A stretch of DNA of 64,000 nucleotides, from the NCBI GenBank assembly GCA_035474955.1, contig DATIMV010000030.1, forward strand, positions 4,207 to 68,206, in the 5' to 3' direction. How positions within the stretch are numbered: position 1 is the stretch's first letter; each line of letters opens with the position of its first letter. The position numbers and the translations under genes are program-made. This DNA comes from Solirubrobacterales bacterium (GTDB lineage Bacteria > Actinomycetota > Thermoleophilia > Solirubrobacterales > 70-9). Under the pieces are notes generated by a model. The model ran no database searches, had not been told where the DNA came from, and saw nothing but the letters and a program-made list of their open reading frames with translations. Shown piece after piece: positions 18,114-25,264 of the stretch.

Positions 18114-18809
18114 TCATAGCTGTCTCCCCATGTAAGCACGCAGGACCTCGGGATTGCGTTGCAATTCCTCGCGCAATCCGCTCGCACGGATCTTGCCACC
18201 GGCGAGCACCAGGCTGCGCTGGCAGAAGTCGATCGTCCGTGCCGCGTTCTGCTCGACGAGGAGCATCGTCGCTCCTTCCGCGCGAAGTTCCTCGAGCAGC
18301 CCGTAGATGACGTCGATCATCTTCGGAGCGAGGCCGAGCGAGGGCTCGTCGAGGATCAACAGCCGCGGCTTGCGCAACAGCGCGCGGGCCACTGCGAGTT
18401 GCTGTTGCTCGCCGCCCGAGAGGCGGTCGGCACGCTGTCCGGCTCGCTCCCGCAGGATCGGCATCCGCTCCAGCACCTGCTCCATCGCTTCGCTCCTGTT
18501 GCCCTGGGCGGCCAGGCGCAGGTTCTCCGCCACGGTCAGCGTGCCGAAGATCTGACGACCCTCCGGCACCAGCGCGATTCCCAGCCTCGCGATCTCCTCC
18601 GGCGCGAGGCCGCGCAGAGGTCTGCCTCCGAAGTTGATCTCGCCCGCGCTCGAACGGGTGAGGCCACAGATCGCACGCAGGAGCGAGCTCTTGCCGGCGC
18701 CGTTGGGGCCGACCATGCCGACCACTTCCCCCTCGTCGAGGCTGATCTCGACGCCGTGGAGAACCTCGACTCCGCCGTAGGCGACCTTCAGCCCGCGCAG
18801 CTCAAGCAT
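18114..18809 (-). CDS. livF: branched-chain amino acid ABC transporter ATP-binding protein (LivF-type)
   Basis: Walker A GPNGAGKSS, signature LSGGEQQ and Walker B LLILDEPS. 8-nt overlap with the upstream gene. Confidence 0.85.
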   Translation of the reverse strand: MLELRGLKVAYGGVEVLHGVEISLDEGEVVGMVGPNGAGKSSLLRAICGLTRSSAGEINFGGRPLRGLAPEEIARLGIALVPEGRQIFGTLTVAENLRLAAQGNRSEAMEQVLERMPILRERAGQRADRLSGGEQQQLAVARALLRKPRLLILDEPSLGLAPKMIDVIYGLLEELRAEGATMLLVEQNAARTIDFCQRSLVLAGGKIRASGLREELQRNPEVLRAYMGRQL

Positions 18810-20649
18810 TTGCGCCCACCGCGTACGACGTGCCGAGGTAAGCCTCGACCACGGCAGGATCGGCCTGGACCTCCTCGGGGCTCCCGAGGGCGACCGTGTT
18901 GCCGTCGTCGAGCACCTGCACCTGCGAGCAGAGGTCCATCACCACGTTCATGTCGTGCTCGATCAACAGGATCGCGCAGCCGAAGTCCCGGATCACCCCG
19001 CGGAGGATCGCGACCAGCTCCCGGCACTCCTCGTCATTCAGCCCTGCGGCGGGCTCGTCGAGCAGCATGTAGCGCGGTCCGGTGGCGAGGGCGCGGGCGA
19101 TGCCCAGCAGCCTCTGGCTCCCCGGCGGCTGCAGGCCGGCGGGGCTCTGTGCCTGCTCGCCCAGGCCGAGGCGCTCGAGCACGTCCGCGGCGACGCTCAC
19201 CGCCCGTCGCCGGCCGACCCCGACGCCCATCGCCCCGACGGCGACGCTCTCCGCCACGGTCAGCCCCGCGAATGGGAGCGCCGCCTGGAACGTACGGCCG
19301 AGCCCCGCCCGCGCGAGCCGCGGCGGCGACCAGCCGGTCACCTCGACTTCGCCGAGGAAGACGCTTCCGGAATCGGGAGCCTGGAAACCGCTGAGGACGT
19401 TGACGAGCGTCGTCTTGCCCGCCCCGTTCGGGCCGATCAACCCCAGAGCCTCGCCAGGAGACAGCTCGAGCTCCACTCCTCTCAGCACGTGCAGCCCGGA
19501 GAAGGCGAGAGAGACTCCCTCGGCGTGAAGGCTCCCAGTCGATCCGCGTGGGTGCCGCGGCCGTGCCGCGTCGGTCGCCGCCACCGCGGGCGAGGCCGAT
19601 GGACCACGGGGACGCAGCCAGCGGCGGATCGGCCCGATCTCGCCCGCCTCGCGGCCGCCGACCAGTCCCTGCGGCCGCATGACCATCGTCACCAGCAGGA
19701 TCAGGCCGAGACCGGCGGCTGCGAGGCCCGGCGCTGCGCCGATCGAGATCAGCCCGAGCACGCTGGTGCCTTCCTCGAAGTCGCGCAGCAGCTCGTTGAC
19801 CGTCGCCACCGCAAGGGTCCCGACGACGGCCCCGAGCACGCTGCGGGCGCCGCCCACCACCAGCATGGTGATCGTCGTCACCGAGGCGGCGAAGTAGAAG
19901 GTGGTGGGGGAGAGGGTGCCGGACTGGTGCACGGCCAAGGCGCCGCCGATCCCGCAGAGCATCCCGCTGATCGTGAACGCTATGAGCCGCTCCCGCATCA
20001 AGCCGATGCCGAGCGAGCGCGCCGCCACCTCGCCCTCGCGGGTCGCCTGCAGCCGGTAGCCACTTGCCGACCACTTGAAGACGAGCGCCACGACGACTGC
20101 CACGCCCGCCCAAAGCCCCGCCGATGCGACGTCGGTGGTTCTGGGGATGCTGACGAGCCCGCTGCTTCCACCGGTCACCGGGTCCCAGTTGGCGAGGACG
20201 TTGTAGGCGACGATCAGGAAGGCGAAGGTCGAGATCGGGATCGCCAGCGTCGAGGTCCTCATCAGGGGGAAGCCGACCACCCCCGCCAGCAAGCCACTCG
20301 CCCCCGCGGCGATCAGGGTGGAGAGCAAAGGGCTGAGCTGTGCATCGGCGATCAGCTTCGGCAGCTCGGGCGTCTGCAGGGCCGTGAAAGCCGGGGAGAT
20401 CGTGAGCAGGGCCGCGACATACGCGCCGGCAGCCGCAAAGCCGAGCTGCCCGAACGAGTAGACGCCGCTGTTGCCGATGAAGACCTGCAGGCCGAGGACG
20501 ACGATCAGGTTGCAGAGGATCAGCGTGACGGTGCCTTCGAAAGAGGGCGTGCCACTCGCCCCGATCGCAACGGTCAGCGCAACCAGGACGAGCGGCACGA
20601 CCAGGGAGGCGGCCGCGGCGGCGGGGGAGCGCAGTCCCCGGCCGGTCAT
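18802..20649 (-). CDS. fused LivM-type permease / LivG-type ATP-binding protein
   Basis: 615 aa. The N-terminal about 330 aa is a polytopic permease. After a Pro/Arg-rich linker comes an ABC ATPase (GPNGAGKTT, LPPGSQRLLGIARAL, MLLDEPAAG). ATGA overlap with livH. Confidence 0.8.
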   Translation of the reverse strand: MTGRGLRSPAAAAASLVVPLVLVALTVAIGASGTPSFEGTVTLILCNLIVVLGLQVFIGNSGVYSFGQLGFAAAGAYVAALLTISPAFTALQTPELPKLIADAQLSPLLSTLIAAGASGLLAGVVGFPLMRTSTLAIPISTFAFLIVAYNVLANWDPVTGGSSGLVSIPRTTDVASAGLWAGVAVVVALVFKWSASGYRLQATREGEVAARSLGIGLMRERLIAFTISGMLCGIGGALAVHQSGTLSPTTFYFAASVTTITMLVVGGARSVLGAVVGTLAVATVNELLRDFEEGTSVLGLISIGAAPGLAAAGLGLILLVTMVMRPQGLVGGREAGEIGPIRRWLRPRGPSASPAVAATDAARPRHPRGSTGSLHAEGVSLAFSGLHVLRGVELELSPGEALGLIGPNGAGKTTLVNVLSGFQAPDSGSVFLGEVEVTGWSPPRLARAGLGRTFQAALPFAGLTVAESVAVGAMGVGVGRRRAVSVAADVLERLGLGEQAQSPAGLQPPGSQRLLGIARALATGPRYMLLDEPAAGLNDEECRELVAILRGVIRDFGCAILLIEHDMNVVMDLCSQVQVLDDGNTVALGSPEEVQADPAVVEAYLGTSYAVGANA

Positions 20650-21530
20650 ATGCGCGCCTCCCCGGACGCCGAGCCGAGCAGGCCCTGCGGCCGCACGATC
20701 AGGATCGCTACGGGGAGGGAGAAGACGATCGCGTCGCGGAACGGAACCAGCCCGTCCGGCAGGTAGGTGCCGAGCAGCGACGAGATGACCCCGAGCACGA
20801 GTCCGCCGACCACGGCGCCGGAGATCCTCCCGAAGCCGCCGATCACCACGGCGATGAAGCCGACCAGCACCGGGGTCAGACCCATCGTCGGCGAGACCTG
20901 GCCCGTCTGCATGACGATCAGCACTCCCACGGTGGCCGCGAGCGCGCCGCTGATCGCGAAGGCGATCGCGATCACGCGGTTGGCGCGGACGCCGAGCAGC
21001 CGGGCCATCTCGAAGTTCTCCGCCGCCGCCCGCATCTCGAGGCCGATGCGAGTCCGGTAGAGCAGCCAGCCGAGGCCGCCGAGGACGATCGCGGTCAGCG
21101 CCAGGGTGAGGATCTCGAGGTTCGGGATCGAGAGGGCGCCGATCTGGCTCGATTCGCTCAGAAGCTCAGGCGTCGCCACCGACTGGGCGCGGGCGTCCAC
21201 CGACGCGCTGACGACGCTTTGCAGGATGGTCGCCACCGCAAGCGAGGTGACGAGCTGAGCGGCCAGGTCGGCGTTCCGCACCGGGCGAAAGGCCACCCGC
21301 TCGGCCAGGACCGCGAGCGCGACCCCCGTGGCGAGCGCGGCGCAGACCGCAACTGCGAACGGCAGCCCGGCCAGCACGTAGAGGGCGTAGGCGGGCAGCA
21401 TGATGAACTCGCCGTGGGCGAAGTTCATCATCCCCATCACGGTGAAGATCAAGGCGACGCCGACGGCGATCAGCGCATAAAGGCCGCCCAGGGCGAATGC
21501 GTCGATCAGGCTCTGAGCAAGGTCGGTCAT
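20646..21530 (-). CDS. livH: branched-chain amino acid ABC transporter permease (LivH-type)
   Basis: MTDLAQSLIDAFALGGLYALIAVGVALIF... is typical of the LivH N-terminus. ATG 21530 chosen over the longer track ORF. Confidence 0.85.
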   Translation of the reverse strand: MTDLAQSLIDAFALGGLYALIAVGVALIFTVMGMMNFAHGEFIMLPAYALYVLAGLPFAVAVCAALATGVALAVLAERVAFRPVRNADLAAQLVTSLAVATILQSVVSASVDARAQSVATPELLSESSQIGALSIPNLEILTLALTAIVLGGLGWLLYRTRIGLEMRAAAENFEMARLLGVRANRVIAIAFAISGALAATVGVLIVMQTGQVSPTMGLTPVLVGFIAVVIGGFGRISGAVVGGLVLGVISSLLGTYLPDGLVPFRDAIVFSLPVAILIVRPQGLLGSASGEARI

Positions 21531-21635
21531 CGGCTCGGGCGCTGCCGGGCGGCCCTCGCCCAAGACTTACACAGCGGGCGCTCGCTTCCGCCGGGTCCCG
21601 CCGGGGCAGGGATAACCACTTGGCATCGCGTACCG

Positions 21636-21680
21636 CGAATCTGTCTCAGTCCCCGTATGTGGGGGACTGAGACAGATTCG
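21636..21680. repeat. perfect 19-bp inverted repeat with 7-nt spacer in the livH/ytoQ divergent intergenic region
   Basis: CGAATCTGTCTCAGTCCCC-gtatgtg-GGGGACTGAGACAGATTCG. All 19 pairs were checked base by base. It ends 22 nt upstream of the ytoQ ATG. Confidence 0.9.
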
Positions 21681-21701
21681 ACGATCTCTAGGATCAGATC
21701 G

Positions 21702-22169
21702 ATGAGCGAGCGGACCTGGCGCGTCTACCTCTCCGGCGAGATCCACAGCGACTGGCGCGAGCGGATCGAGGTGGGCGTGCGGGAGGCGGGGCTGCCGGTG
21801 TCCTTCTCGGCGCCGGTGACCGACCACGCCGCCTCCGACGATGCCGGCACCGGCACCCTGGGGGAGGAGAGCGAGTCCTTCTGGCGCGACCACAAGGGCG
21901 CCGGGGTCAACGCGATCCGCACCCAGACGCTGATCCGCGACGCCGACGTGGTGGTCGTCCGCTTCGGCGACAAGTACCGCCAGTGGAACGCGGCCTTCGA
22001 CGCCGGCTGTGCCGCCGCCCTCGGCAAGCCGATCGTCACCCTCCACGACGAGGGCTTGGACCACGCTCTGAAGGAGGTCGACCGCGCCGCCCAGGCCACG
22101 GCGAGGACCGCCGAGCAGGTGGTCGACGTCCTTCGCTACGTGATCGAGGGCAAGCTTCCCGCTGGCTAG
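21702..22169 (+). CDS. ytoQ: YtoQ-family protein (nucleoside 2-deoxyribosyltransferase-like fold)
   Basis: MSERTWRVYLSGEIHSDWRERI...FGDKYRQWNAAFDAGCAAALGKP is colinear with the B. subtilis YtoQ pattern as I remember it. The track ORF upstream of this Met is antisense to livH. Confidence 0.75.
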   Translation: MSERTWRVYLSGEIHSDWRERIEVGVREAGLPVSFSAPVTDHAASDDAGTGTLGEESESFWRDHKGAGVNAIRTQTLIRDADVVVVRFGDKYRQWNAAFDAGCAAALGKPIVTLHDEGLDHALKEVDRAAQATARTAEQVVDVLRYVIEGKLPAG

Positions 22170-22197
22170 ACGGGCTCCTGGGGCGTAGGGTGGGCGC

Positions 22198-22686
22198 ATG
22201 TCCGCCGAGGCCAACCGGGCGACGATCGAGCGCTTCTACGAGGCGTTCGGCCGTTGCGACGGCAGCGCGATGACCGCCTGCTACACCCCGGACGCCCACT
22301 TCCGCGACCCGGCGTTCGGTGACCTCCATGGTGAGGAGGTCGGGGCGATGTGGCGGATGCTGACCGGCCGCGCCACCGATCTCGAGATCGAGCTGCGCGA
22401 GCACGAGGCCGGCGAGGAGACCGGCAGTGCCCACTGGATCGCCCGCTACACCTTCTCCACCGGGCGGCCCGTGGTCAACGACGTCCAAGCGAGCTTCCGC
22501 TTCGCTCCCGATGGCCGGATCGCCGACCACGTCGACGAGTTCGACTTCCGCAACTGGGCGAAGCAGGCACTCGGCCCGAGCGGTCACCTGGTGGCCCTGC
22601 TGCCGCCGCTGCGCTCGAAGGCCAGAGAGAAAGCGCTGGCGCAGCTCGCCTCCTTTCGCATGGAAGAGACCGGCTCCAGCGTCTAG
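22198..22686 (+). CDS. NTF2-like (SnoaL/ketosteroid isomerase-like) protein
   Basis: 162 aa. ANRATIERFYEAFGRCDGSAMTACYTPDAHFRDPAFG is typical of SnoaL-like NTF2 proteins. Confidence 0.7.
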   Translation: MSAEANRATIERFYEAFGRCDGSAMTACYTPDAHFRDPAFGDLHGEEVGAMWRMLTGRATDLEIELREHEAGEETGSAHWIARYTFSTGRPVVNDVQASFRFAPDGRIADHVDEFDFRNWAKQALGPSGHLVALLPPLRSKAREKALAQLASFRMEETGSSV

Positions 22687-22760
22687 CGCTTTCCCGTTCT
22701 CGCAGCGGGGCGATGCGGGCCTCGTCGCCGCTGGCTCCTTGCCCGGCATACTTCTCTCGC

Positions 22761-24410
22761 ATGGAGTTCGAGAACGCCCTTCCTGAACTCTCCGAGAATC
22801 CTCAGGATGCCCGCGGTGATTGGGGAGCGGCGGAAGCCGATGAGGTCGTGTATCGCCTCGGTTTGTCCTGCGCCTTGGTTCCGGGTCTACCCGAGGAGCT
22901 TTGGATTGGCGACGTGCAGGTCAGGTTCGTACGAGGTCCGGTGAGGGCACAAAGGACCGAAATCCGACAGCGATTTGGGTTACCTGTCGTCTTCGACAAG
23001 TCAATGAAGCGTGTTGAGATTGGAGATGACGAGGTCATTGCTCTCCTCTCCCTCTCAACCACGCCAGTTCCAGACGATCTTGAGGCAGGATTCGCCGGCT
23101 GGAGGGCCCATGCTTTAGCGGCTGCTGGAATGCTTGCTTCGGTTCTCGATGAGCGGGTGGCTGGAGCCGAGTTGTTCGAGGACGCCATTTTCCTACGCCG
23201 GGGAACCTTTGTCGGAGCCGCCGACATACGCGAAAAGGTCAGGACGTACTTGCCCTTTGAAGTGAATCCCGCTGATAAACGCGCCTTGGAGCGGCTGAAT
23301 GATCTTTCCGCCTCCGAGTCATCCGCAGTCGCTCGTGCTGCCCGCCTCTATCGCCGAGCCGCCCTCGAGGGCCCCACGGCAGATGCCTACGCGATGCTGT
23401 GGGTTGCCGCAGAGTGCTTCAGCGAGCATCGAAGCCCCTCCCGCAAGGACATTGAAGCTGCGCTCTCCGCGGCAGGGCTAAACCCCGAGGGATTGCCTAT
23501 CAGTGTCGGCCGCCTGATCGAATTGAGGGGCAAGATCCAGCATCATGGGGTGGAGTCAGACGACAGGCTGACTACGGCCTTTTATGAGATGGAGGCCGTA
23601 GTACGTACCTTGATCCGCCAAGAGGCGGGTCTCGAGGGAGGGTGGTGGGCGGCATCCGACAACCCGGCGGGCTTCGCGGCTCCGTTCGATGCTGCGGTGG
23701 CTCAGTTGCACGGGCGCGGAATAAGCGAATGGCACGTTGACCAATTACCTTCCCCCGAGACTCCGAGGCCGCTACGGATACCCAGAACCATCCCGAATCC
23801 GCAGAACGATCCAAGAATTGATCTTGCCGAGGGTTTTGGGGACACAGCCCACCTCATCGCAGGAGTCGTGCTTGACGCAATCGAATGGATTGATCCTGGC
23901 TTTTCTTTACAAATTCGCTTAGGACGTCCTCCAGAGGCTCCTCCAAGCGCACCATTTGGCGCGAATGCCGATTCTCTCTGGATCTCGAAGGAGGGACTTG
24001 ATGGCGTCGGCGATCCAGAAAAACCACATCTGCTGGTAAACCTCGTTTGGGATTTGGTGGGTCTCGTAGGTTTCGCTGTCGCTCAGCGTGTCGGGGCAGC
24101 GAGCCGCGGAAATGGGGTGCCGTTCGTTCAGGCCTTCGGCTCCTGGCTCCAATATGAGCGGCTTGTCAAGCACGGCGATTTCGAGGCGGAGGCCTTGTCG
24201 ATTCCAAGTGCCAACGACCCGATTTCCCTGGGAAAGCTCTGCGGCTGGGCCGCGGCCGGCGACCTGCGAGCAGAGGCATCAGTTCAAAGCCTGGAAGGCG
24301 AGACGTATGAGCTGGGGATTTCGATCCTTGAGACGCTTAGGGAAATTCCCCTCGCAGCCCCACTTCATTTACTTGATTCCTCAGAGGAACCGGCCGGGAC
24401 GGAGCGCTAG
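22761..24410 (+). CDS. orphan 549-aa protein with a central HEPN-like Rx4H motif (function unknown)
   Basis: ATG 22761, with an alternative in-frame ATG at 22713. GC is visibly lower than the flanks. Contains LIELRGKIQHHG (R256..H261, nt 23526-23543). No other motif recognised. The upstream part of track ORF 22350..24410 overlaps the NTF2 gene out of frame. Confidence 0.6.
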   Translation: MEFENALPELSENPQDARGDWGAAEADEVVYRLGLSCALVPGLPEELWIGDVQVRFVRGPVRAQRTEIRQRFGLPVVFDKSMKRVEIGDDEVIALLSLSTTPVPDDLEAGFAGWRAHALAAAGMLASVLDERVAGAELFEDAIFLRRGTFVGAADIREKVRTYLPFEVNPADKRALERLNDLSASESSAVARAARLYRRAALEGPTADAYAMLWVAAECFSEHRSPSRKDIEAALSAAGLNPEGLPISVGRLIELRGKIQHHGVESDDRLTTAFYEMEAVVRTLIRQEAGLEGGWWAASDNPAGFAAPFDAAVAQLHGRGISEWHVDQLPSPETPRPLRIPRTIPNPQNDPRIDLAEGFGDTAHLIAGVVLDAIEWIDPGFSLQIRLGRPPEAPPSAPFGANADSLWISKEGLDGVGDPEKPHLLVNLVWDLVGLVGFAVAQRVGAASRGNGVPFVQAFGSWLQYERLVKHGDFEAEALSIPSANDPISLGKLCGWAAAGDLRAEASVQSLEGETYELGISILETLREIPLAAPLHLLDSSEEPAGTER

Positions 24411-24458
24411 AGCAGACGAAGATTGCTTCCTTCAATCCATTCCCATGGATCAGCTAAG

Positions 24459-24848
24459 TCACTTCGCTAGCTGGGCTTCTGCCCATTCGCCGACTTCATT
24501 GAACAGCGCGACCGTCGCCTCACGGTCCAGCGGCTCGGCATCTAGGAGATCCGCATAGCGCAGCGGGACCGCATAGATCGACAGGTCATCGAGCTGGTCA
24601 GCGCCCGGGGGTGGATCGATCCCGGCGCTGTCGAGAATTTCAAGCAGCCGTCCAAGGTCGTGAATACGAGCCTCTTCCAGGCCGTGGAACGCCATCACCG
24701 CCTTGAGCCACTTCTCGACCGCCTGTTGGGCGTGGAAGCCGATGGCCTCGTCATCGATCTCGGGGTCGGGCGCCAACTTGCGCGCAACCCTGGCATCGCC
24801 CGTTGCCTTGCGTGCAAGAACCTTCGCGAGGTCCCCAGCATCAGGCAT
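24459..24848 (-). CDS. HEPN-domain protein (toxin-type partner of the MNT nucleotidyltransferase)
   Basis: FHAQQAVEKWLKAVMAFHGLEEARIHDLGRLLEIL is typical of MNT-associated HEPN. ATG 24848 overlaps the MNT stop by 8 nt (ATGCCTGA). Confidence 0.8.
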   Translation of the reverse strand: MPDAGDLAKVLARKATGDARVARKLAPDPEIDDEAIGFHAQQAVEKWLKAVMAFHGLEEARIHDLGRLLEILDSAGIDPPPGADQLDDLSIYAVPLRYADLLDAEPLDREATVALFNEVGEWAEAQLAK

Positions 24849-25158
24849 CGACAAGAACCCGGCCCTCACTCAGCGCCTCGTTGAGCATCGTGCCGTCGAA
24901 GTGACCCCATTCTTCGACGTCTTTAGCGCTCACGACGATTACATCAAGGGCCACTTCCAGCCCTCGCAACTCTCGCCTCAGGCGTGCCGTCTCGGCTCGA
25001 CGCTTTGACACGTCATCCGGCTCGATTACCAGGAGATCAAGATCGGAATCTGGGCGGGCCTCTCCACGGGCGCGAGAACCAAAGAGAATCACTTTGGCTC
25101 CGGGCGCGGCGCTGGCGAGTCGCCGGCCAGCCTCTGCGATTAGAGCCTCGTCGGTCAT
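24841..25158 (-). CDS. minimal nucleotidyltransferase (MNT) domain protein
   Basis: GSRARGEARPDSDLDLLV motif (GSxxxG...DxD). ATG 25158 preferred, with GTG 25179 as an alternative. Confidence 0.8.
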   Translation of the reverse strand: MTDEALIAEAGRRLASAAPGAKVILFGSRARGEARPDSDLDLLVIEPDDVSKRRAETARLRRELRGLEVALDVIVVSAKDVEEWGHFDGTMLNEALSEGRVLVDA

Positions 25159-25249
25159 GCGCCATAGGGTAGCCGTCACTTTTGACAGCCACGGAAACCG
25201 AGCCCGAATCCTTTAGAGGTTGACCGGTTGACCCAGTTTGGGCCGCATG

Positions 25250-25263
25250 CGAACATATGTTCG
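25250..25263. promoter_or_regulatory. LexA-type SOS box (CGAAC-N4-GTTCG)
   Basis: The perfect 14-bp palindrome CGAACATATGTTCG overlaps the start region of the radical-SAM gene. It matches the Gram-positive/mycobacterial SOS-box core GAAC-N4-GTTC. Confidence 0.6.
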
Positions 25264-25264
25264 T

